From contig JBFWYG010000010.1 in assembly GCA_050186725.1 (NCBI GenBank), positions 37,091 to 101,090 of the forward strand: a stretch of DNA of 64,000 bases. The letters run 5' to 3'. The notes under the pieces were generated by a model that saw only the letters and a program-made list of their open reading frames with translations, did no database searches and was not told where the DNA came from. Each line of letters starts with the position of its first letter. Positions within the stretch are counted from its first letter, which is position 1. The DNA is from Gammaproteobacteria bacterium. GTDB lineage: Bacteria; Pseudomonadota; Gammaproteobacteria; Ga0077536. Below are positions 16,661 through 25,748 of the stretch, in pieces. The translations under genes were made by a program, and so were the position numbers.

Positions 16661-19600
16661 AGGGCATGTCCGGCGAGATCTCCGGCGTCTGCCATTCGAA
16701 CGGTCCCTGGCTGTGGCCCTGGCGCTCGAAGCGCGCCAGCCGTCGCGCCTCGGCTTCGCGCGCGTTGACCGGGTAGGTCTCGTAGCTCCGTCCGCCGGGG
16801 TGGGCGACGTGGTAACGGCAGCCGCCGATGGCGCGGCCGTTGGCGCGGTCGACGAGATCGAAGGTCAGCGGCCCGTGGGCGTGGATGGTGGGGTGCAGCG
16901 CCGAGGGCGGGTCCCAGGCCTTGAAGCGCACGCCGCCGACGAAGTTGCCCTCCACGCCGGTCGGCTGCATGGGCATGGGGCGACCGTTGCAGGCCACGCC
17001 GTAGCGCTCCGGCACGAAGCCCGTCACCTCCACCTGCAGCCGCTCCAGCGACGAATCGACGTAGCGCGCGGTGCCACCTGCGGCGCTCTCCTCGCCCAGC
17101 ACGTGCCACGGTTCCAGCGCGGTGCGCAGCGTCAGTTCCATGCCGCGATGCGCGATGGAGCCGAAGCGCGGAAAGCGGAACTCGAAGAACGGCGCGTACC
17201 AGTCGCGCTCGAAGGCATAGCCGCGCTGGTTCAGTTCGTCGATGACCTCGCCGAAGTCCGACCACACGAACCACGGCAGCATGAAGCGATCGTGCAGCTG
17301 GGTGCTCCAGTGGATCAGGCGATGTTCGTAGGGCTGGTCCCAGAAGCTCGCGACGAGCGCGCGCAGCAGCAGCATCTGCGTGAGACTCATGCGCGCGTGG
17401 GGCGGCATCTCGAAGGCGCGGAACTCGAGCAGGCCACGGCGTCCGCCGGCATGGTCGGGCGAGTACAGCTTGTCTACGCAGAATTCCGAGCGATGGGTGT
17501 TGCCGGTGAGATCGACCAGCTGGTTGCGCATCACGCGATCGACCACCCACGGCGCGACGTCCTCGCTGCCGCGTGGCAGCTGGGCGAGCGCGGTCTCGAG
17601 TTCATGCAGGCGATCGTCCCGCGCCTCGTCGACCCGCGGCGCCTGGCTGGTGGGGCCGATGAAGAGGCCGGAGAACAGGTAGGACAGCGAAGGATGGTTC
17701 TGCCAGTAGCGCACCAGGCTGCCGAGCAGGTGCGGGCGGCGCAGCAGCGGCGAGTCCGCCGGCGTCTCGCCGCCGAGCGTCACGTGGTTGCCGCCACCGG
17801 TGCCCGTGTGTCGGCCATCGAGCATGAACTTCTCGGTCGCGAGCCGCGCCTGGCGCGCTTCCTCGTAGAGCGTGGTGGTGGTCTCCTTGAGCCCGTCCCA
17901 GTTCGAGGCCGGATGGACATTGACCTCGATGACACCGGGGTCGGGCGTGATCTGCAGCAGTGACAGGCGCGGGTCGCGCGGCGGCTCGTAGCCCTCGATC
18001 ACCACCGGCTGGCGGAGTTCTGCCGCGCAGGCCTCGACGGTGTGGATCAGCTCAACGTAGTCGGCCAGGCTCGTCACCGGCGGCAGGAACACGTGCAGCC
18101 GGCCGTCGCGCACTTCGGTGCAGAGCGCCGTGCGCACGATGGCGTCGGGGTCTTCCGGCCCGGCCGGCACCGCCACCTGCGCGCGCGGCGTTTCGTCGGC
18201 CGGCGCGCGCGGCGCGTTGCGATACCAGTGGCGTGGCATCAGCGGTTGGGGCGGCGCGAAGGGGTCCTGCGCGTGGGGCGCTTCGCGATCGATGTCGCCC
18301 ACCGCCGGCAGTGAACTCATGGGCAGGCGGAGCCCCAGCGGCGAGTCGCCGGGGATCAGGAACAAGTACCCGCGCCGCAGCGGCCAGGCGCCGCTCTGCC
18401 AGCGGCCGTCCGAGCGCCTGGCGAGCGGTAGCACATAGCCTGCCGGGCGGTTCAGCGCGCCCTCGAACAGGCGCCGCAGGCGCGCGCGTTCCACCGGGCT
18501 CGCGAGCCTCGCGTCGCTCGGATCGATGTTGGTCGGCAGCGTGCCTTCCTTCCACAGGTAGTAGTAGGTGTCCTCGAAGGCGGTGTGCACGAACTTGTGA
18601 TCGACGCCCAGACGTCGGCACAGCGACAGCGCGAAGCGCTGCTCGATGCCATGCATGAGCGGTCCGGGATTGCGCGCCAGGTTGGCGAGCAGCGCGGGGT
18701 CGTCCCACAGCGCCTCGCCGTCCTTGCGCCAGAAGATGGACAGCGCCCAGCGCGGCAGCTCTTCGCCGGGATACCACTTGCCGATGCCGTGATGCACGAG
18801 CCCGCCCGGCGCGTAGTGACGGTGCAGGCGCTCGAGCAGCAGCTCTGCCGCCTGGCGCTTGTTCGGGCCGTCGGCGTCCGTGGTCCACTCCGGGCTCTCG
18901 AAGTCGTCGATGGAGACGAAGGTCGGCTCGCCGCCCATGGTGAGGCGCACGTCGCCGGCCGCGAGCGTGGCGTCGACCTGATGGCCGAGGTCGTCGATGC
19001 GCCGCCATTGCTCGTCACTGTAGGGCAGGGTGACGCGCGGGTCTTCCAGCACACGCGCGACGGTGTTGCTGTACTCGAACTCGACCTCGCACATCTCGGT
19101 CATGCCCTCGACCGCCGCGGCGTGGCTGAAATGCGGCGTGGCGGCGAGCGGAATGTGGCCCTCGGCGGCGAACAGGCCCGAGGTCGGATCGAGACCCACC
19201 CAGCCGGCGCCCGGCAGGTAGATCTCGGCCCACGCGTGCAGGTCGCTGAAATCGGCCGTCGGGCCGGACGGGCCGTCCAGCGCCGGCACGTCGCTGGTCA
19301 GCTGCACCAGGTAGCCCGACACGAAGCGCGACGCGAGCCCCAGGTGCCGCGCGATCTGCACCAGCAGCCAGGCGCTGTCGCGGCACGAGCCGCGACCGAG
19401 ATCCAGGGTCTGCTCGCAGCTCTGCACCCCGGGCTCGAGGCGCACGATGTAGTCGATGTCCTGTTGCAGGCGCTGGTTCAGCGCCACCAGGAAGTCGATG
19501 GTTGGCATCGGTTCGCGCGGCACCTCGGCCAGCCATTCGCGCAGCGCCGGGCCATCGTCGGTGATGGCCAGGTAGGGCGTGAGGTCGGTCGCGACCTCGG

Positions 19601-19922
19601 GCGCATACTGGAAAGGGCACTCCTGCGCGCTGTCCTCGAGAAAGAAGTCGAAGGGGTTGATCGCGACCATCTCGGCGATCACTTCGACGTCGATGGTCAG
19701 CGCGCGGGCCTTGTCCGGAAACACCAGCCGCGCGAGGTGATTGCTGTACGCATCCTGCTGCCAGTTGATGAAATGCTCGCCGGGCGAGATCTTGAGCGAG
19801 TAGGACTCGATGCGCGTGCGGGTGTGGGGCGCCGGCTTGACCCGCAGGACATGGGGACCGAGGGCTACCGCGCGGTCGAAGCGGTAGGCGGTGTGATGGC
19901 GAATGGCAACGCGGATGGTCAC
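16638..19922 (-). CDS. Large transglutaminase-like protein with DUF2126 C-terminal region
   Basis: IRVAIRHHTAYRFDR, catalytic GSCRDSAWLLVQ / DLHAWAEIY / LDPT, LTMGGEPTFVS, QITPDPGVIEVNVHP, DGRHTGTGGGNH, RGLLEFRAFEMPPH and PFTLDLR. GTG start at 19922. Confidence 0.92.
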   Translation of the reverse strand: MTIRVAIRHHTAYRFDRAVALGPHVLRVKPAPHTRTRIESYSLKISPGEHFINWQQDAYSNHLARLVFPDKARALTIDVEVIAEMVAINPFDFFLEDSAQECPFQYAPEVATDLTPYLAITDDGPALREWLAEVPREPMPTIDFLVALNQRLQQDIDYIVRLEPGVQSCEQTLDLGRGSCRDSAWLLVQIARHLGLASRFVSGYLVQLTSDVPALDGPSGPTADFSDLHAWAEIYLPGAGWVGLDPTSGLFAAEGHIPLAATPHFSHAAAVEGMTEMCEVEFEYSNTVARVLEDPRVTLPYSDEQWRRIDDLGHQVDATLAAGDVRLTMGGEPTFVSIDDFESPEWTTDADGPNKRQAAELLLERLHRHYAPGGLVHHGIGKWYPGEELPRWALSIFWRKDGEALWDDPALLANLARNPGPLMHGIEQRFALSLCRRLGVDHKFVHTAFEDTYYYLWKEGTLPTNIDPSDARLASPVERARLRRLFEGALNRPAGYVLPLARRSDGRWQSGAWPLRRGYLFLIPGDSPLGLRLPMSSLPAVGDIDREAPHAQDPFAPPQPLMPRHWYRNAPRAPADETPRAQVAVPAGPEDPDAIVRTALCTEVRDGRLHVFLPPVTSLADYVELIHTVEACAAELRQPVVIEGYEPPRDPRLSLLQITPDPGVIEVNVHPASNWDGLKETTTTLYEEARQARLATEKFMLDGRHTGTGGGNHVTLGGETPADSPLLRRPHLLGSLVRYWQNHPSLSYLFSGLFIGPTSQAPRVDEARDDRLHELETALAQLPRGSEDVAPWVVDRVMRNQLVDLTGNTHRSEFCVDKLYSPDHAGGRRGLLEFRAFEMPPHARMSLTQMLLLRALVASFWDQPYEHRLIHWSTQLHDRFMLPWFVWSDFGEVIDELNQRGYAFERDWYAPFFEFRFPRFGSIAHRGMELTLRTALEPWHVLGEESAAGGTARYVDSSLERLQVEVTGFVPERYGVACNGRPMPMQPTGVEGNFVGGVRFKAWDPPSALHPTIHAHGPLTFDLVDRANGRAIGGCRYHVAHPGGRSYETYPVNAREAEARRLARFERQGHSQGPFEWQTPEISPDMPFTLDLRR

Positions 19923-19996
19923 GGGGATGGTTTCCCTGCTGGTCGATGGAGCGCTCTGATCATGGGTCGATTTTCCCCACGAGCACCAGCTCAAAG

Positions 19997-20013
19997 TGGC
20001 ATGAATCGTGCCA
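19997..20013. promoter_or_regulatory. Palindromic sigma54 (-24/-12)-type element serving divergent genes
   Basis: TGGCATGAATCGTGCCA. The minus strand reads TGGCACGATTCATGC and the plus strand TGGCATGAATCGTGC; both have GG-N10-GC spacing. Confidence 0.6.
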
Positions 20014-20024
20014 ATGGCAGGATC

Positions 20025-21470
20025 ATGAAATTCTCCTGGCACGACTACGACAGCCGCGGCTTCTACGACGAACTCATTGGCGGTCGGGGCATCGCCCGCC
20101 CGGCCGGTAAGGCCGTCGCGAGGCATATCCGCTCACTCACCATGGAAGAGATCCGCGAGCGTCAGCGTGCCGCCGAACTCGCGGTCAAGACCATGGGCAT
20201 CACCTTCACGGTCTACAGCGAAGGCACCAATATCGACCGCGCCTGGCCCTACGACATCATCCCGCGCACCATTTCGGGGAGCGACTGGGACCGGGTCGAG
20301 GCGGGTCTGGTGCAGCGCCTGACCGCGCTGAACCTGTTCATCGACGACGTCTACAACAAGCAGAAGATTCTGAAGGACGGCGTGGTGCCCCGCGACCTCA
20401 TCGTCGAGTCGGGCAATTTCCGCGCGGCCTGCGTCGGCAAGCGGCCGAAGCACGGGGTGTGGGCGCACATCTGCGGCTCGGACCTCATCCGCGACAAGGA
20501 CGGCACCTTCTACGTGCTCGAGGACAACCTGCGCGTGCCGTCGGGGGTCTCCTACATGCTGGAGAACCGCAAGGTCACCAAGCGCGTGTTCCCGGAGCTG
20601 TTCGCGGCCGAGAACATGCGGCCCATCGGCGAATACACCTCGCATCTGTTCGCCACGCTGGCCTCGCTCTCGCCGCGCGCCGAGCGCCGGCCGGCGGTGG
20701 TGGTGCTGACGCCGGGCATCTACAACTCGGCCTACTTCGAGCACTCCTACCTCGCCCAGCAGATGGGCGCGGAGCTGGTCGAGGGCAGCGATCTCTCCGT
20801 CGGCAGCGACGACTGCGTGTACATGCGCACCATCTCCGGGCCGGCGCGGGTCGACGTCATCTACCGGCGCATCGACGACCTGTTCCTCGATCCCGAAGTG
20901 TTCAACCCCGACTCGGCGCTCGGCGTGCCGGGCCTGATGCGCGCCTGGCTGAAGGGCAAGGTCGCGCTCGCCAATGCACCGGGGGCGGGCGTGGCGGACG
21001 ACAAGGCGGTCTATACCTACGTGCCGGACATGATTCGCTATTACCTGGACCAGGATGCCATCCTGCCCAACGTCGAGACCTATCGCTGTGGCGAGCACGA
21101 GGCCTGTGCCCACGTGCTCCAGCATCTCGACAAGCTGGTGGTGAAGCCGGTCAACGAGTCGGGCGGCTACGGCATGCTCATCGGCCCGACCGCGAGCGGC
21201 CAGGAGCGCATGAACTTCGCGCGCCGGCTGCGCGCCAATCCGCGCAACTACGTCGCCCAGCCGCTCATTTCGCTGTCCACCTGCCCGACCGTGTGCGGCG
21301 GCGGCATCGAGCCGCGTCACCTCGACCTGCGCCCCTTCGTGCTGCAGGGCGCCAAGCACTACGTCACGCCCGGCGGGCTCACGCGGGTCGCGCTCAAGAA
21401 GGGTTCCTACGTGGTCAATTCCTCGCAGGGTGGTGGCAGCAAGGACACCTGGATAGTGGATTGCACATGA
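20025..21470 (+). CDS. Circularly permuted type 2 ATP-grasp protein
   Basis: GITFTVY, WPYDIIPRTI, GLVQRLTALNLFIDDVY, HICGSDLIRD, EDNLRVPSGVSYMLENR, VLTPGIYNSAYFEHSYLA, DVIYRRIDD, VKPVNESGGYG, HLDLRPF and VVNSSQGGGSKDTW. Confidence 0.95.
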   Translation: MKFSWHDYDSRGFYDELIGGRGIARPAGKAVARHIRSLTMEEIRERQRAAELAVKTMGITFTVYSEGTNIDRAWPYDIIPRTISGSDWDRVEAGLVQRLTALNLFIDDVYNKQKILKDGVVPRDLIVESGNFRAACVGKRPKHGVWAHICGSDLIRDKDGTFYVLEDNLRVPSGVSYMLENRKVTKRVFPELFAAENMRPIGEYTSHLFATLASLSPRAERRPAVVVLTPGIYNSAYFEHSYLAQQMGAELVEGSDLSVGSDDCVYMRTISGPARVDVIYRRIDDLFLDPEVFNPDSALGVPGLMRAWLKGKVALANAPGAGVADDKAVYTYVPDMIRYYLDQDAILPNVETYRCGEHEACAHVLQHLDKLVVKPVNESGGYGMLIGPTASGQERMNFARRLRANPRNYVAQPLISLSTCPTVCGGGIEPRHLDLRPFVLQGAKHYVTPGGLTRVALKKGSYVVNSSQGGGSKDTWIVDCT

Positions 21471-22480
21471 GCATGCTGTCGCGCGTCGCCGAACGCATCT
21501 ACTGGTTGGGGCGCTACCTGGAGCGCATCGAGAACACCGCGCGGCTGGTCAGCGTGTACGGCAACGTGCTGCTCGACCTGCCGCGGCCGGCGACCCTGCA
21601 GTGGGACACGCTGATCGCCATCACCGGCAGCGCGCCGGCCTTCACCGAGCGCTACACGCGGGCCGACGAACGTAACGTGGTGCGCTTCTATCTCGCCGAT
21701 GATGCCAACCCGGCGTCCATCGTCAGCTCCGCCGACAGCGCGCGCGAGAACGCGCGCACCGTGCGCGAGATGATTCCCGCGAGCATCTGGGAGGGCATCA
21801 ACGACCTGCACATCTACTTGGAGGAGAACGTCGACGGCGCGCTCGCGCGGCGCGGCCGCGATGCCTTCCTGTCGCGCGTCATCGAGTACTGCCAGACGCT
21901 GGTCGGCTGCATGGCGGGCTCCATGAGCCGCGACGCGGCCTATCACTTCCTGCGCGCCGGGCGCTACCTCGAGCGCGCCGACATGACCTCGCGCATCGTC
22001 GACGTCGGCACCGCCAACGTGTTTCCCTGGCTTCAGGGGCAGAGCCAGGCGCAGTCCCAGTCCCAGGAGCAGGGACAGGCGCAGCGCCAGGGCGGGCGCG
22101 ACGACGGCGCCGAGGACTCACCCTACGAGGCGATCCTGTGGATGAGCGTGCTGCGCTCGCTGGAGGCTTTGCAGATGTATCGGCGCCAGGTGCCGGAGCG
22201 GGTGCTGGCCGATGAGGTGGTGGACTTCCTGCTGCGCGACGAGAACTTCCCGCGCGCGGTGGCGAACTGCCTGATGGCGCTGCAGTCCTGCCTGCGTCAC
22301 CTGCCGCGCAACGAACTCGCGTTGCGCACCGTGGCGGCGACCATCAAGCACGTGCAGGAGGCGAACATCGCGAAACTCATCGCCCAGCACGGCATGTTCG
22401 ATTACATCGATCGCATGCAGATCGAGTTCAACGAACTGCACGCGGCGATACGATCAACGTGGTTCGAGACGGCGGCGTGA
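21467..22480 (+). CDS. Alpha-E superfamily (DUF403) protein
   Basis: MLSRVAERIYWLGRYLERIENTARL, ARENARTVRE and GRYLERADMTSRIVDV (two ER motifs); ATGA overlap with the ATP-grasp gene. Confidence 0.93.
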   Translation: MSMLSRVAERIYWLGRYLERIENTARLVSVYGNVLLDLPRPATLQWDTLIAITGSAPAFTERYTRADERNVVRFYLADDANPASIVSSADSARENARTVREMIPASIWEGINDLHIYLEENVDGALARRGRDAFLSRVIEYCQTLVGCMAGSMSRDAAYHFLRAGRYLERADMTSRIVDVGTANVFPWLQGQSQAQSQSQEQGQAQRQGGRDDGAEDSPYEAILWMSVLRSLEALQMYRRQVPERVLADEVVDFLLRDENFPRAVANCLMALQSCLRHLPRNELALRTVAATIKHVQEANIAKLIAQHGMFDYIDRMQIEFNELHAAIRSTWFETAA

Positions 22481-22516
22481 GCGTGAGCGTCGGCGTTGGC
22501 GCGTCGAGGAAGTCCT

Positions 22517-22587
22517 GTAGGGCCGATTTCAATCGGCCATGCACGGCGTCGGAATGCATATGCCTGGCGGGTTGAAACCCGCCCTAC
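22517..22587. repeat. Inverted GTAG-type REP pair (second copy)
   Basis: GTAGGGCCGATTTCAATCGGCC (22517-22538) and GGCGGGTTGAAACCCGCCCTAC (22566-22587) are identical to the arms at 711-784. Confidence 0.87.
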
Positions 22588-22623
22588 AGGCAAAAATCAG
22601 GTCGGCGTGAATGTGGGCACTGT

Positions 22624-22654
22624 GTAGGGCCGATTTCAATCGGCCATGCACGGC
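22624..22654. repeat. Single GTAG-type REP arm
   Basis: GTAGGGCCGATTTCAATCGGCCATGCACGGC matches 22517-22547 and abuts the Anbu stop. Confidence 0.85.
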
Positions 22655-22655
22655 T

Positions 22656-23405
22656 TCACGCCTGCTGCTGGTGCTCGTTCTGATCCCACATCGTCGCCCA
22701 GGCGGGCGGCGGCAGTGAGCGAAAGGCGTCCTTCAGGCGTTCGTCCCAGTTGCGCTTCAGCTCGCGCAGGTAGTCGCTGTCTTCTTCGAGCACCAGGCGG
22801 TTCGGCATGACGAAGGAATCGGTCTTGTAGGCCAGCACTTCGATGGGCGGGCCGACGGTGACGTTCGAGCGCATGGTCGAATCCATCGACACCAGGCTGC
22901 ACAGCACCGCGGTGTGCAGCGCGGTGTCGGGTTTGAGGATGCGATCGAGTATCGGCTTGCCGTACTTGCTCTCGCCGATCTGCAGGAAGGGCGTGGTCTT
23001 GGAGGTCGAGATGTGGTTGCCCTGCGGATAGATCAGGAACACCGCCGGGGCGGAGCCCATGATCTGACCGCCGAAGATCACGCTCGCTTCGAAGTCCAGG
23101 CCGCCGCCGGCCTTCTTCTGCTGCATGATGCTGATCTGGCCGACGTAGTCCGCCGCTTCCTCCATGCTGTTCATGGTCATCAAGGACAGCGGCATGCCGT
23201 GATCGACGTCGTGCTTGATCTGGTTGACGATGCCCTGCGCAGTGGCGAGGTTGCCGGCGGTCAGCAGGCAGAACTGGCGCGCGCCGTCCAGACCGAAGGT
23301 GTGCATCTTGGAATAGGTGCTGATCTGATCGACACCGGCGTTGGTGCGCGAGTCTGACGCGAATACCAGGCCGGCATTGAGCTTGATTGCGACACAGTAG
23401 GTCAT
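22656..23405 (-). CDS. Proteasome-type Ntn protease (Anbu, COG3484-like)
   Basis: MTYCVAIKLNAGLVFASDSRTNAGVDQISTYSKM (Thr1 nucleophile after Met removal), AGNLATAQ, LIYPQGN, FLQIGESKYGKPILDR and SMDSTMRSNVTVGPP. Confidence 0.93.
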   Translation of the reverse strand: MTYCVAIKLNAGLVFASDSRTNAGVDQISTYSKMHTFGLDGARQFCLLTAGNLATAQGIVNQIKHDVDHGMPLSLMTMNSMEEAADYVGQISIMQQKKAGGGLDFEASVIFGGQIMGSAPAVFLIYPQGNHISTSKTTPFLQIGESKYGKPILDRILKPDTALHTAVLCSLVSMDSTMRSNVTVGPPIEVLAYKTDSFVMPNRLVLEEDSDYLRELKRNWDERLKDAFRSLPPPAWATMWDQNEHQQQA

Positions 23406-23438
23406 CGAACGATCATCTGGACCAGCAAGAGGTCAAGG

Positions 23439-23459
23439 GTAGGGGGCTCCAACCCGCCA
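23439..23459. repeat. Degenerate GTAG-type REP arm upstream of anbu
   Basis: GTAGGGGGCTCCAACCCGCCA versus family arm GTAGGGCGGGTTTCAACCCGCCA. Confidence 0.45.
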
Positions 23460-23551
23460 CGCAAGGGGTTCTGCTGCATTGCGGGCGCGGCGCGCGTGAA
23501 CATGTTTGAACTTGCCCGCGAGTCGTGCGCGGGCGGCCGACGCGCACCCGC

Positions 23552-24745
23552 TCAGGGCAGCACGTGATCGATGGTGATATCGACTTGCGCGCCGTCCGCC
23601 ACGGCCATTTCGGCCGACTTGCCTTCGAGATCGCCCGCTTGCGCGTTCGCGCTGCCGCCCTGCGAGATGCGCGCCACGAGATAGAAGCGCGCGACATCGG
23701 CCAGTGAATGACCGGGCACCATGGCCATGTTCTCATCGAGCGTGAGCTCGAGCGGCAGCTCGGCCACGGTGTGGCGCGACACCGCCAGCGGCATGGGTGG
23801 ACCCTCGACGCCACGCGCGGCGACGAACAGCGCGTCCCCGGGCCGCGCGCGCGCCGCCAGTTCGGGCGAGAGCTTGATGCGCGCCGTGACCCGCACCTTG
23901 GAGGCCGGACGCGTGGCCGCGTCCGTGGCCGGCGTCAGGCTGCCGCCGGCATGGGCCACCAGGGTTTCTATTTCCTGGCGCAGACCCGGCACCTCGCCGG
24001 CCAGGCCGTGCGCCTCCTGCCAGGTCGCGAGCGCCGCGTCGCGCTGGCCGTCCTGCAGCTGGAACATACCCTTCATGACCAGCGCCGTCGGATGGCGCGG
24101 CGCCACCGCCAGCACCTGGGCGGTCAGCGCCAGCGCCTGCTTGCGCTGCTCGGCGTCGCCGGTGATGGCGAGGCTGTCGACCAGCACCAGCATGGCGTCG
24201 GGGTTGTTCGGCAGCACGCGGTTCAGTTCGCGCGCGGCGCGCTGCGCCTCGGCGAAGTGGCCGAGCTGCATTTCGGTGCGCGCCAGCAGTGACCAGGCCT
24301 CGGCGTCGTCCGGGTGGCTCGCGACGCGCTCGCGCACGCGCGCCACCAGGTACTCCACCGAGGTCTCGGGCTTGCGCCAGTCGCGGCCCGGCTGCTCGGC
24401 GGCGAAGCGGGCGACGTCCGGCGAGCCGAACTGCCAGTAGAGGCCGAGCGCGAACACCGGCGTGGCGAGGCACAGCATGACGAGCGCCGCGCGGCCGCGC
24501 GTACCGGCCGGGACGGCCGCGGGGGTGGGCAGCGCGGTGACCACCGCGCGCTCGAGTTCGGCGCGCAGCGCCGGCGCGACCGCCGGGTCGATGTCGCCGG
24601 CCGCGAGTTCCTGCTCGAACTCGCGCAGGCGGCGCAGCTGGTCGTCCTCGCCGGCGGGACTGTCGTGGGCGACCCGCCTGAGCGGCCACAGCAGGCAGAC
24701 GGCGGCGAGCGCCGCCAGCGCCGCGAGACTCACCCAGAAACTCAT
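23552..24745 (-). CDS. ccmI: c-type cytochrome biogenesis protein CcmI/CycH (TPR)
   Basis: N-terminal TM segment, LRRLREFEQELAAG, LYWQFGSP, HPDDAEAWSLLAR TPRs and a C-terminal Ig-like GPPMPLAV...LARISQGG domain; ATG overlaps the ccmH stop. Confidence 0.9.
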   Translation of the reverse strand: MSFWVSLAALAALAAVCLLWPLRRVAHDSPAGEDDQLRRLREFEQELAAGDIDPAVAPALRAELERAVVTALPTPAAVPAGTRGRAALVMLCLATPVFALGLYWQFGSPDVARFAAEQPGRDWRKPETSVEYLVARVRERVASHPDDAEAWSLLARTEMQLGHFAEAQRAARELNRVLPNNPDAMLVLVDSLAITGDAEQRKQALALTAQVLAVAPRHPTALVMKGMFQLQDGQRDAALATWQEAHGLAGEVPGLRQEIETLVAHAGGSLTPATDAATRPASKVRVTARIKLSPELAARARPGDALFVAARGVEGPPMPLAVSRHTVAELPLELTLDENMAMVPGHSLADVARFYLVARISQGGSANAQAGDLEGKSAEMAVADGAQVDITIDHVLP

Positions 24746-25215
24746 TCCTGCGCCTCGCCGCGCGCCGCGAGGGCGTCCGCCAGTCGCTGGCGCTCGGCCG
24801 CGTCCAGCGGCGACGGGGCCGCCGCGCGCTGACGCGCGATGCGCACCACCACCACGCCGGCCAGCAGCAGCAGCGCGAAGGGGCCGATCCACAACACCCA
24901 GGTGGACTCCTTCAGCGGCGGGCGGTACAGCACGAAGTCACCGTAGCGCGCGACCAGGTAGTCGTGGATCTGCTGGTCGTCGCGGCCCTGTTCCAGGAGC
25001 TGCTTGACCTCGTCGCGCAGGTCCTGGGCGAGCTCGGCGTGGGAATCCTTCAAGGTCTGGTTCTGGCAGACCATGCAGCGCAGCTCTTCGAGCAGCTTGT
25101 CGTAGCGCGCCGCAAGCGCCGGATCGGCGAAGTCCGCGGGCGCGTCGGCGGCCGGCGCGCCGGCCGCGAGCGCCCAGCACAGCACCACCAGCGCCAGTGC
25201 GCGTGGACCACTCAT
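24742..25215 (-). CDS. ccmH: Cytochrome c biogenesis protein CcmH
   Basis: LRCMVCQNQTLKDSHAELAQDLR...YLVARYGDFVLYRPP. Confidence 0.95.
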   Translation of the reverse strand: MSGPRALALVVLCWALAAGAPAADAPADFADPALAARYDKLLEELRCMVCQNQTLKDSHAELAQDLRDEVKQLLEQGRDDQQIHDYLVARYGDFVLYRPPLKESTWVLWIGPFALLLLAGVVVVRIARQRAAAPSPLDAAERQRLADALAARGEAQE

Positions 25216-25742
25216 GGCTGGCGTGGCGCGAGCTGGGCGAGCAGGGGCAGCAATTCGCGCGCCAGCACGTCGTTGGTCAGTGGTCCCACGTGCTTGAAGC
25301 GAATGGTGCCCGCGGCATCCACCAGGAAGGTCTCCGGCACGCCGTACACGCCGAGGTCCAGGCCCAGCCGGCCCTCGGGATCGAACAAGGTGAGCCGGTA
25401 GGGATCGCCGCGCTCGGTCAGCCACGCGCGGGCCGCGCCGAGTTCGTCGTGGTAGTTGAGCCCCACCAGGGTGACCCGGCCGGCGCGCTGGAGGTCGAGC
25501 AGCAGAGGATGCTCCTCGCGGCACTGCGCGCACCACGAAGCCCATACGTTCAACAGGTAGGGCTTGCCGAGCAGGTCGGCGCGCCTGAGCGCGGTGTCCG
25601 GCGTGGCCAGCGTGCCAAGCGCGAAGTCGGGCGCCGGCTTGCCGATCAGAGGTGACGGCACGAGGCGCGGATCGCGATGCAGGCCGACGTACAGGAAGCC
25701 GACCAATGCGGCGAACAGGACCAGCGGCAGGGCGTAACGCAT
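25212..25742 (-). CDS. ccmG: Thiol:disulfide oxidoreductase CcmG/DsbE
   Basis: PSPLIGKPAPDF, LLNVWASWCAQCREEHP and DLGVYGVPETFLVD. Confidence 0.95.
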   Translation of the reverse strand: MRYALPLVLFAALVGFLYVGLHRDPRLVPSPLIGKPAPDFALGTLATPDTALRRADLLGKPYLLNVWASWCAQCREEHPLLLDLQRAGRVTLVGLNYHDELGAARAWLTERGDPYRLTLFDPEGRLGLDLGVYGVPETFLVDAAGTIRFKHVGPLTNDVLARELLPLLAQLAPRQP

Positions 25743-25748
25743 GTCGGC

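Noticed and set aside
18585-20024. N-terminal extension making the ATP-grasp protein 961 aa
   Set aside because: It is antisense to the transglutaminase gene; family similarity starts at MKFSWHDY (20025).
711-23459. Recurrent about 22-nt palindromic repeats as a CRISPR array
   Set aside because: Copies are dispersed, occur as inverted pairs, have no regular unique spacers, and no cas genes are present; they fit REP elements.
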